This document shows positions 15,370-23,211 of a DNA stretch of 24,415 nt, one piece after another. The stretch is from a virus (Duplodnaviria > Caudoviricetes), in the IMG/VR virus record IMGVR_UViG_3300020045_011032, positions 1-24,415 of that record; one strand, given 5' to 3'. The notes under the pieces were generated by a model. It did no database searches and was not told the origin of the DNA. It was given only the letters and a program-made list of their open reading frames with translations. The position numbers and the translations under genes were made by a program. How positions within the stretch are numbered: the first letter of the stretch is position 1; each line of letters starts with the position of its first letter.

Positions 15370-15605
15370 TGAAAAAAACAATTTATAATGTTTATGTGGT
15401 TATGGAATCACAAGAACAATGCGACAGAATGAAACAAGTTTGTGTTGATAATGGATTACCTATTGATTATGGATTTATTTTTGATTGTAAATATTTTGAA
15501 TATAGTGAACTTTTTCAAGAATGGAATGTTTGGTTAACTGTTGACCATGAAAAAACCAAAGTAACAGAATCAGAATTTTTAGAAATTTTAAAGACCACAA
15601 AATAA
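15369..15605 (+). CDS. Hypothetical protein
   Basis: 78-aa ORF with TAATG overlaps on both sides. Confidence 0.68.
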   Translation: MKKTIYNVYVVMESQEQCDRMKQVCVDNGLPIDYGFIFDCKYFEYSELFQEWNVWLTVDHEKTKVTESEFLEILKTTK

Positions 15606-15922
15606 TGGAAAAAGAAAAATATGTATCAACAACAAAGCAAGCTGTTGTTGAATGGAATAATGCAAATCCTACATTGAGAAAAAAGACAATGGATAGTACA
15701 GCAAAAGAGGTTGGAGTAACATCATCTGCTTTGATCCAAATGGAGGAAACAAATCAGTTTCAAAAACACGCTGCTGTAATTTTAAATTGCAAAAGCAAAA
15801 AGAAGCAAGTTGAGTGCTTTGAAACATTTAAGCAATTAGATATTCCTTTGATTAACAAATGGAAAAAAATTTGTGAGTACTTGGAATGTGATATTTACAA
15901 TATAATCGCTAAAAAAACTTGA
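15605..15922 (+). CDS. XRE/Cro-like HTH regulator with internal insertion
   Basis: TMDSTAKEVGVTSSALIQME (HTH) and KKICEYLECDIYNII (terminal XRE helices). Confidence 0.6.
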   Translation: MEKEKYVSTTKQAVVEWNNANPTLRKKTMDSTAKEVGVTSSALIQMEETNQFQKHAAVILNCKSKKKQVECFETFKQLDIPLINKWKKICEYLECDIYNIIAKKT

Positions 15923-15926
15923 AGCT

Positions 15927-16343
15927 ATGAAATTGATAACAATAGATTTGGATAAAGAATCAATTACTGATTTAAGTAAAGAGGAATTAAATTTATTGAA
16001 AAAATTGGTTGATAATTCTTTGAGTAAAAAAGTGGTTGATGAAGGTAAGTTGGACTATAAAAAGTTGATGGACTACTTCAATATTGTTTTCAAAAAACAA
16101 ACGAGAGTTGTAACTGATAAAGCCAAAAGTAATCTTGCTCAAAGATTAAAGGAAGGTTACGAAAAAAGTGCTATTCGTATTGTTATTGATAACGCTTCAA
16201 ATGATAATCATCACATCGAAAGCAATTACAAATACATTACATTGGAGTTTTTATCTCGTCCAAACATATTTGAGAGATATGCTTCACAGATACACCAGAA
16301 GCCATATTCGGTTAAAAAAGAAACAGGGCATACAAATCATTAG
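15927..16343 (+). CDS. Replication protein with Phg_2220_C-like domain
   Basis: DYFN...AQRLKEGY...VIDN...KYITLEFLSRPNIFERY; upstream of the helicase. Confidence 0.65.
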   Translation: MKLITIDLDKESITDLSKEELNLLKKLVDNSLSKKVVDEGKLDYKKLMDYFNIVFKKQTRVVTDKAKSNLAQRLKEGYEKSAIRIVIDNASNDNHHIESNYKYITLEFLSRPNIFERYASQIHQKPYSVKKETGHTNH

Positions 16344-16355
16344 AAATCTAAAATT

Positions 16356-16694
16356 ATGCCAATAGACTACAAAAAATATCCTAAAGATTGGAAACAAATT
16401 CGAGATAGAATTTTGGAACGCGCTGAAAATAAATGTGAATGTTGCGGTTTAAAGAATTATGAAAAAGTCCATTCTTTTAAGGTTAACGGAAAAACAACAT
16501 GGCAAAAATTAGATATTCATTGGAGTTATTTTGAAGGGATAAAACCAGTAAAAGTAGTTTTAACAATTGCTCATTTAGACCATGACGAAACTAATCATAA
16601 AGTTGCGGATGATAGATTAAAAGCAATGTGCCAACTATGTCACTTGCGATATGATGCTGAAGAAAAAAAACGTAGAAGAAAACTAAAAGTATGA
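16356..16694 (+). CDS. HNH endonuclease-like protein
   Basis: YPKDWKQIRDRILERA..CECC...VLTIAHLDH...LKAMCQLCHLRYD. Confidence 0.82.
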   Translation: MPIDYKKYPKDWKQIRDRILERAENKCECCGLKNYEKVHSFKVNGKTTWQKLDIHWSYFEGIKPVKVVLTIAHLDHDETNHKVADDRLKAMCQLCHLRYDAEEKKRRRKLKV

Positions 16695-17683
16695 GTTTTA
16701 AAATAAAAGAAGGATTTGATATTGCAAATTCTAATAATTCGAGAGAGAGTTTATTAGAATATCATAAAGAAGGAGCTTTACGTGGAATTTATTTGGGTTT
16801 TCCTGTTTTCAATGAAAAATATACAATGAGTTTGCCAGGAGCTACAGATTGGACAGGAATACCTTCAAGTGGTAAAACTGAATTTCTTTTGGAATGTTTG
16901 CTTAATGCGTCAGAATATTATGGTTGGAGGCACTTACTTTATGTTCCAGATGTTGGTAAAAAAGAAATGGCAATTGCAATGTTAATACATAAATTAAGTG
17001 GTAAGACATTTGACAAAAGATTCAAAAATCATATTACTGAAGCTGAAATTCAACGTCATTATGATTGGGTAATAGACCATTTTAAGATTCTTTACAAAAC
17101 TAATGCTAAAGCTAAAATAACGCCTTACGAATTTTGGGACATGGCAGTAGAAATTAATGATGCTTCTGTAAAAAAAGATGGTAGAAGAATCCATACAGCA
17201 ACCATTGATAGTTGGAAAGATATGCGTAGGTATGTTGGAGCTTCTGGAGAATCAATTCAAAGGGATGATTTATACTTGGAGGATGTTTTGGAATATCGAA
17301 ATACGTTGTCGGAATTACATAAGATGCACTTTCACATTGTAATACACCCATTGAAAACTGAAACTGATAAAAATGGAGTTCGTAAAGCACCAACACCGTA
17401 TGAATTAAAAGGTGGACCAACTTGGTATGATATGGGTAAAACTCAAATTACAGTTCATAGAATTGATGGAGAGCCAAATGAAGTTGATATTATTGTAACA
17501 AAAGCAAAGCCTGAATCAGTCGCTTCTGTTGGTCCGACAAAAATGTTTTTTGATAAAGTTTTAAGGCGTTTTTATTGGGAATACAACGGAGAAAAAAAGT
17601 ATGCACAAAAAGAATATTTTGAACCAACAGGATTAGCAATTTCTAATGACAATGAAGAAGAAGAAGATGATCTTCCATTCTAA
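16691..17683 (+). CDS. Replicative helicase, DnaB/T7 gp4-like ATPase domain
   Basis: Walker A TGIPSSGKT, ATIDSW (Walker B position), HIVIHP, YELKGG, ITVHR; acidic tail EEEDDLPF. Confidence 0.8.
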   Translation: MSFKIKEGFDIANSNNSRESLLEYHKEGALRGIYLGFPVFNEKYTMSLPGATDWTGIPSSGKTEFLLECLLNASEYYGWRHLLYVPDVGKKEMAIAMLIHKLSGKTFDKRFKNHITEAEIQRHYDWVIDHFKILYKTNAKAKITPYEFWDMAVEINDASVKKDGRRIHTATIDSWKDMRRYVGASGESIQRDDLYLEDVLEYRNTLSELHKMHFHIVIHPLKTETDKNGVRKAPTPYELKGGPTWYDMGKTQITVHRIDGEPNEVDIIVTKAKPESVASVGPTKMFFDKVLRRFYWEYNGEKKYAQKEYFEPTGLAISNDNEEEEDDLPF

Positions 17684-17694
17684 AATATAAGCTT

Positions 17695-18132
17695 ATGGAT
17701 AGTAAAGAACAGCAAGAACAGCGAAAGATTGAACGCCACCAAGTAAAGCTAATTTTAGAACAGTCAAAAAAAGTTCGTGAAAGGTTTGAATATGCAGATA
17801 CAGCACAATGGTTGTTACAAGATAAAAATTTGGAAGATTTAACTTTGGTTTCTAATGCTATTTCAGAATGGCTTTTAAATCCTAAAATTAAAGATGCTCA
17901 AAAAAAGGAATTAACAGATTTGTTAATGTCAACTTGGAGAGTTATGGCTTACTGCCAAAATTTGGAAACATTGTGTAAAACTACTGTTTCTAGATATATT
18001 GATGCGGAAAGTAAGTTTGATAAATTACAAACTGAAATTAGTAAGTTGAAATTAGAGAAACATAATCTTGAACTATCAAAAAATAAAGATATTGAAAACC
18101 TCAAAAAAGAAATCGAGTTCATATCAAAATAA
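17695..18132 (+). CDS. Hypothetical coiled-coil protein
   Basis: 145 aa, helical. Confidence 0.7.
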   Translation: MDSKEQQEQRKIERHQVKLILEQSKKVRERFEYADTAQWLLQDKNLEDLTLVSNAISEWLLNPKIKDAQKKELTDLLMSTWRVMAYCQNLETLCKTTVSRYIDAESKFDKLQTEISKLKLEKHNLELSKNKDIENLKKEIEFISK

Positions 18133-18343
18133 GATTACTTGTGATAAGTTTCAGTTTCTTTTGCAGAATGAAGTTAAGATTTATCCAATTTCAATTGGAA
18201 CTTCTAAAAAGTGGAAAATTCAAGTTTCTATTTATGGAAAAATAGACAAAACATTCAGCAAGGAATTAATGGAATATGAAGTACAAGAAGCTCTTGACAA
18301 AACATTGCTTCATTATTATAATAAACTTAAAAATCCAAAGTAA
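18068..18343 (+). CDS. Hypothetical protein (start uncertain; TTG at 18068 or 18092)
   Basis: ORF fills the gap to 18346. Confidence 0.55.
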   Translation: MNYQKIKILKTSKKKSSSYQNKITCDKFQFLLQNEVKIYPISIGTSKKWKIQVSIYGKIDKTFSKELMEYEVQEALDKTLLHYYNKLKNPK

Positions 18344-18345
18344 TT

Positions 18346-18567
18346 ATGAAGTATTTTTCAAAAAGAGATATAATGGAGTTGTTATGTATTACGGTAGCAC
18401 AATTTGAATGGTCTGTAATGCAAATTGTAATTACACCAAAAATTGATATTGAAAGATTTTATTCTTACAGCGTTGGAGATTTAATATTGATTTACAACTT
18501 TGTTTACAACAGAAAACGAGTAATAACATTAGAAAGCAAAATTAACTATAAAGAAATGCAACTATGA
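18346..18567 (+). CDS. Small protein, possible MerR/excisionase-like HTH
   Basis: YFSKRDIMELLCIT...YSYSVGDL pattern. Confidence 0.45.
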   Translation: MKYFSKRDIMELLCITVAQFEWSVMQIVITPKIDIERFYSYSVGDLILIYNFVYNRKRVITLESKINYKEMQL

Positions 18568-19181
18568 ATGTAGAATTTGACAAAGATTTTTTCAATAAAT
18601 TAATAGAGTTATCAATTGATAAAAAAAATCAATTAATAAGATATGTTTCTGAATTGTTTAAATCAGATTTAGTTTTGATTAAGGAGATTGTGATAATTGA
18701 TCCTCCAACAAAATGGACTTTAAATTACAAAAAAGAAAAGTTTGATTACAAAGGAAATAAAGTTGAAAAGCAAGATTTCTATTTAACAGGAAACTTGTTT
18801 TATTCAGATAGAACTTCTTATCACATCACATCAAAGATAATTACTGAAAGCAAAGAGTTTCTTCTTCCTTACTTGAAAGGACTTCCAGAATTGGATAAAA
18901 TGAGATTAGATTTTGAATATCACAAAACAAGTCATATTGATTTGGATAACAAAGCGAATTATTGGATTAAGTTGCTTTTGGATATTTTGAAAACTCCAAC
19001 GGCACGTCAAGAAAAAAATTCCAAAAAACAAATTATAACTACCAATACAATTGCTGATGATAATACCAAGTGTATTGATGCAATTAACCTTAAATTTGTG
19101 CTTGGAGAACATAAGATGATTTTCAGAATTTACGGCAGAGCAAAAGCAGAACAAAAAACAATGGACTTATTTTTTAAATAG
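18564..19181 (+). CDS. RusA-like Holliday junction resolvase
   Basis: DLDN...KLLLDIL...IADDN acidic motif of the RusA family. Confidence 0.65.
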   Translation: MNVEFDKDFFNKLIELSIDKKNQLIRYVSELFKSDLVLIKEIVIIDPPTKWTLNYKKEKFDYKGNKVEKQDFYLTGNLFYSDRTSYHITSKIITESKEFLLPYLKGLPELDKMRLDFEYHKTSHIDLDNKANYWIKLLLDILKTPTARQEKNSKKQIITTNTIADDNTKCIDAINLKFVLGEHKMIFRIYGRAKAEQKTMDLFFK

Positions 19182-19188
19182 AAGAATT

Positions 19189-19584
19189 ATGAATTTACAA
19201 TTATCACTTAAAAAGCAATGGTTTGAAATGACAAAATCAGGAATTAAAACCGAAGATTATAGAGAGATTACGCCTAATTGGTGTAATAGATTTTTACTTT
19301 TTAATGGCAAAAAACAAAATAGAGATTTTTGGAGAAGGTTTTTTGTGTTTTACAATAAAGAAGATTTACCCAAAATAATGAGTATTGATAATGTTGAAGA
19401 TAAAATAACATTTGAATTTTTTACTCAAAACAAAATGACTTTAGGCTATCCAAAAGAAACAGATGCCGAAAGAATTATCAAGTTTGAACACGCAGGAATT
19501 GAGATAAGAATAGGTAATCCTGATTGGGGCGCAGAACCTGAAAAGCTTTATTTTGTTATTAAGCACGGAAAACAGATAAAATAG
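19189..19584 (+). CDS. ASCH-domain protein
   Basis: LSLKKQWFEMTKSGIKTEDYRE...LGYPK...GNPDWGAEP..YFVIK. Confidence 0.8.
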   Translation: MNLQLSLKKQWFEMTKSGIKTEDYREITPNWCNRFLLFNGKKQNRDFWRRFFVFYNKEDLPKIMSIDNVEDKITFEFFTQNKMTLGYPKETDAERIIKFEHAGIEIRIGNPDWGAEPEKLYFVIKHGKQIK

Positions 19585-19613
19585 AATTATTAATAACTTA
19601 AATATAATTAACA

Positions 19614-20174
19614 ATGGTAAAAATTGATTTAAAAAACTTCGACTTACAGGAGTTAAAATTGGGTAAAAAGAATATCCATATTGAGTATTATGACCTCAAT
19701 AGAAAAAATGATTTGGTAACGATTGATTCTGATTCAAAACCAAGTGATGATTTGAAATTAAAATTGGATTTGCTGAAAGAAGTGTTTGCTGATTCGTTAG
19801 GTTTAACAGAGGGATGGAATCATGCTATTGACAACATCAAGCAAAATGAAGAAGCACTGAAATTAGCAATCAACAAAAAGAAATTGGTTATTGGAGAATG
19901 TGAAATTTCTGGTTTAAAATTAGTTGGTGGAGAAGATAACGAATGTATCGTTATTACAGGTAGCTTTGAAACTGACTATGGAACTATTGGTACATCTACC
20001 AAACCAATAGCAATTGATGAAGTTGAAACTTTGTCTGAAATCATTTCAGAAATCACAAATGAAGTGTTTATGTTTCTTTTCAAAGGTAAACGAGATAATG
20101 ACTTGTTCAACCAAAAAGAAACTCCAAAGTCAGGATTGAATAACGCTGAAGATAAGCACTTGAAAGCGGTGTAA
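19614..20174 (+). CDS. Hypothetical acidic protein
   Basis: 186-aa ORF. Confidence 0.7.
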   Translation: MVKIDLKNFDLQELKLGKKNIHIEYYDLNRKNDLVTIDSDSKPSDDLKLKLDLLKEVFADSLGLTEGWNHAIDNIKQNEEALKLAINKKKLVIGECEISGLKLVGGEDNECIVITGSFETDYGTIGTSTKPIAIDEVETLSEIISEITNEVFMFLFKGKRDNDLFNQKETPKSGLNNAEDKHLKAV

Positions 20175-20563
20175 TGGCACACAAACTAAAAGTTTGTAAA
20201 AGTTGCGGAGCTGAATTTAAACAATACACTTCTTTTACGAAATGTAAATGTAAAGTTTCAGCTCCAAAACTTAAACAACCAAAAAAGTACATTATTCCGA
20301 AAGTAAGTGATAAACGTAAAATAGAAAACCTAAAGTATTCAGTTTTACGGACAGAGTTTTTAGGCAAAAAAGAAAATCAGATTTGCCCGATAACAAAAAA
20401 ACCAACTACTGACATACATCATAAAAAAGGACGTGTAGGCAGTTTGTTTTTGGACACAAAGTATTGGGTTGCTTTAAGTAGGGAAGGACATAAATTTGTA
20501 GAAGAAAACCCAGAATGGGCAAAAGAAAATGGTTATTCATTAAATAGATTATCAAATGACTAA
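20174..20563 (+). CDS. HNH/NinG-like nuclease
   Basis: N-terminal CKSC; CPIT...TDIHHKKGR...WVALSREGH...ENPEWAKENG. Confidence 0.62.
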   Translation: MAHKLKVCKSCGAEFKQYTSFTKCKCKVSAPKLKQPKKYIIPKVSDKRKIENLKYSVLRTEFLGKKENQICPITKKPTTDIHHKKGRVGSLFLDTKYWVALSREGHKFVEENPEWAKENGYSLNRLSND

Positions 20564-22073
20564 AATAAAAGTAGGTTCAGATTTTTCTGGAGTAGGAGCG
20601 TTTAACCAAGCGTTAATTCGATTAGGTATTTATTTTGAGGAAATATTTGCTTGTGATATGGATCGATATGCAAGACAAACGTTTGAATTAAATTATGGTA
20701 CACCAAAGTATTTTCCAAAAGATGTTTACGAGCGTGAAATACCAACCGAAAGTTTAGATATTTATATGACTTCTCCGCCTTGCCAAAGTTTCAGTTTAGC
20801 AGGAAAGCGTTTAGGGAAAGAAGATAAACGAGGTATATTGTTTTTCAATTCATTGGAGTTTATTCAAGTTAACAAACCGAGATACTTTATTTTCGAGAAT
20901 GTAAAGGGATTGCTTTCACATGACAAAGTTGATAAAAATGCAGAATTTGGCAGAACGTTCCAGGAATGGATAAACTATTTAGGAGGTAAATCAGTTAATG
21001 GAGTGCATACATTTTTTCCTTACAAAGATTCAGTTCCGTATCACATTTACTTTCAAGTTTTAAACGCAAAGCATTATGGCATTCCGCAAAATCGTGAGCG
21101 TATTTTTATTATTGGTATTCGTGATGATGAAGATAATGACTTTCAATTTCCAAAGCCGTTTCCATTAGAAAAAAGATTGAAAGACGTTCTTGAAAGTGAA
21201 GTTGATGAAAAGTATTTTTTGAGTGATAAATTGCTTAATTGGATTTCAGGACATAGAGAAAAAAGAGATTCTAAAGGTAAATATCCATATACTGAAGATG
21301 ATTCCACAAGTGGATGTATAACAGCTCGTTATCATAAAATGGGTGCGGAAGATGTATTTATAGGTACTTCTAAAGTTCCAGAAGCTCCAATAGTAGAATT
21401 TCAGTTAACAGGTGGTAAGTGGGATAAAACTCACGAACAATCTGGACGAGTTTATGATAAAAACGGAATTGCACCAACTATACATACAATGGGCGGTGGA
21501 AATCAAGAACCAAAAATAGCAATCGGAGCAATTAGAGGTCGTAATCCAGAGAATCCAAAAAGCAGACAAAGTGGATTAGAAACGGAGCAAATGTTGGAGA
21601 TAAACGAAAACGGAACTTCAAATGCTTTGACTACTGTTCAAAAAGATAATGTGGTTGTTTATGATTTAACTAATGATTTTGGAGAAGAAAGTCCTAGAGA
21701 ATATACTGAATTTTCTACTACTTTAAGAAGTTCAAGAAGTGGATTAGCTACAAAACAACTTTCAAAGCAACAACTTGAAAAATTAGAGAATTTACAAGTT
21801 GATGAAAATATAGCAGGTTGTATTACTCACGCAATAGGTAGAGCAGGTTCAAGTGACGAATATATTGCATCTGTAAAAAGAAACGCAATGATTACTCAAA
21901 GAATCCGTAGATTAACTCCAAGAGAATGTTTTAATTTGATGGACTTTAATCCAGAAATGATTGACAAAACAATTGAATCAAAATTAATATCAGATAGTCA
22001 ACTTTACAAACAAGCAGGAAATTCAATTTGTGTTGGAGTACTTGCTGCAATAATTCAAAAATTTAAACTATGA
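20556..22073 (+). CDS. dcm: Orphan DNA (cytosine-5) methyltransferase with long variable region
   Basis: Motifs FSGVGA (I), PPCQSFS (IV), FENVKG (VI), PQNRERIF (VIII), RRLTPRE (IX), YKQAGNS (X). Confidence 0.93.
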   Translation: MTKIKVGSDFSGVGAFNQALIRLGIYFEEIFACDMDRYARQTFELNYGTPKYFPKDVYEREIPTESLDIYMTSPPCQSFSLAGKRLGKEDKRGILFFNSLEFIQVNKPRYFIFENVKGLLSHDKVDKNAEFGRTFQEWINYLGGKSVNGVHTFFPYKDSVPYHIYFQVLNAKHYGIPQNRERIFIIGIRDDEDNDFQFPKPFPLEKRLKDVLESEVDEKYFLSDKLLNWISGHREKRDSKGKYPYTEDDSTSGCITARYHKMGAEDVFIGTSKVPEAPIVEFQLTGGKWDKTHEQSGRVYDKNGIAPTIHTMGGGNQEPKIAIGAIRGRNPENPKSRQSGLETEQMLEINENGTSNALTTVQKDNVVVYDLTNDFGEESPREYTEFSTTLRSSRSGLATKQLSKQQLEKLENLQVDENIAGCITHAIGRAGSSDEYIASVKRNAMITQRIRRLTPRECFNLMDFNPEMIDKTIESKLISDSQLYKQAGNSICVGVLAAIIQKFKL

Positions 22074-22447
22074 CACAATCAGAATTAACACCAGAGCAAG
22101 AGCGTAATTTCAATTTAATAGAATTGCGAATAGTTAACCAAAGGTATGTTGAGATACTTGATGATTTACTGACTTATAATTTACCAACAAACAATAAGAA
22201 GTTGAAAAGTCAATTGAAAGGTACTTATGAAATGTTAAAAAAAGAAACCAAAAAGTATGATGAACTATTTGATGCTACTTCTGAAGGAACAACTGCTTTT
22301 TATAATATCTGTTGTGATAGTGCGCAAATAGTAATGAGTAATAACATCATTGATAAAAACTTAATCAATAAATGTTTAACGGCAAACAAGCTAAATCCAA
22401 AAGCTTTAGAAGGAATTTTGGATAAAATTTTAAAAGAGAAACAATAA
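22070..22447 (+). CDS. Hypothetical protein
   Basis: 125 aa, ATGA overlap with the methyltransferase. Confidence 0.7.
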   Translation: MTQSELTPEQERNFNLIELRIVNQRYVEILDDLLTYNLPTNNKKLKSQLKGTYEMLKKETKKYDELFDATSEGTTAFYNICCDSAQIVMSNNIIDKNLINKCLTANKLNPKALEGILDKILKEKQ

Positions 22448-22463
22448 TTAAAAACAATTAGAA

Positions 22464-22919
22464 ATGAGAAAACTAATTTTAGCAGGATTCATTGGAAACG
22501 ATGCAATCGTAAATGATTTACCGAGTGGTAATATGCAAGTTATAAACTTCAATGTAGCCACAACGGATAAGTTTAAAGACGAAACTCGAACAACTTGGGT
22601 AAGATGTTCACGCTTTACAAATAATGTCGCTATATCGCCTTATTTAAAGAAAGGAACTTATGTTATCGTTCAAGGTAGAGCAGAAGTTGAAACATACACA
22701 GACCAAAACCAACAAACTCACGCAGTTTTAAAATGTATTGTTGATGAAATTGAGTTTGGTGGGGCAAAGAATGAAAGTTCAGAAAGTAGTAATGTTCCTA
22801 GTACTCCGACAAGAGATACAAGTAATGCTGTTGCAAACAATGAAGAAGCACAACCTAATCAAAACTCTCAAACTCCACCTGTTGGAAATGGAGAAGAAGA
22901 AACGGATTTACCTTTTTAG
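22464..22919 (+). CDS. ssb: Single-stranded DNA-binding protein
   Basis: LAGFIGNDA, FNVAT, TTWVRC, YLKKGT.V.VQG OB fold; disordered linker; EETDLPF tip. Confidence 0.93.
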   Translation: MRKLILAGFIGNDAIVNDLPSGNMQVINFNVATTDKFKDETRTTWVRCSRFTNNVAISPYLKKGTYVIVQGRAEVETYTDQNQQTHAVLKCIVDEIEFGGAKNESSESSNVPSTPTRDTSNAVANNEEAQPNQNSQTPPVGNGEEETDLPF

Positions 22920-22940
22920 CATTAAATTTATCACTAAAAA

Positions 22941-22979
22941 TTTGGTTGCAAATATATAACGTCATATATTTGCAACTAA
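22941..22979 (+). promoter_or_regulatory. Bacteroidota promoter embedded in a 16-bp inverted repeat
   Basis: TTTG (22941-44), 20 nt, TATATTTG (22965-72); TTGGTTGCAAATATAT-aacgtc-ATATATTTGCAACTAA. Confidence 0.8.
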
Positions 22980-22981
22980 TT

Positions 22982-23209
22982 ATAAAAACAACATTTAAAA
23001 ACAAGTATTATGACAATAATTTTAAGCAGAAGAGATTTAGCAAAAGGAAGAGAAAATTTATCTTTTGAAGAAGTGGGTGTTTTCGATTTTAAAATAAGTC
23101 CAGAAACAATAGATTTAGCACACAAAATAACTTTTACTGATAGCTTTAAGGTAAAAGTTTTAAAAGAAAGAGCATAAACAAAATAAAAAACAACATTTAA
23201 AATAAGTAA
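22982..23209 (+). repeat. Direct repeat AAAAACAACATTTAAAA..AAGTA in front of two consecutive start codons
   Basis: Copies at about 22984-23007 and 23186-23208. Confidence 0.7.
23010..23177 (+). CDS. Small hypothetical protein (55 aa)
   Basis: Hand translation MTIILSRRDLAKGRENLSFEEVG...KVLKERA*. Confidence 0.62.
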   Translation: MTIILSRRDLAKGRENLSFEEVGVFDFKISPETIDLAHKITFTDSFKVKVLKERA

Positions 23210-23211
23210 AC

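Noticed and set aside
16356-16694. HNH gene as part of an intron or intein
   Set aside because: It is free-standing between two intact genes, with no interrupted host frame or splicing motifs.
20174-22447. Restriction-modification system formed by the methyltransferase and flanking genes
   Set aside because: The upstream gene looks like a phage HNH/NinG-type protein and the downstream one has no nuclease motif; an orphan methyltransferase is more parsimonious.
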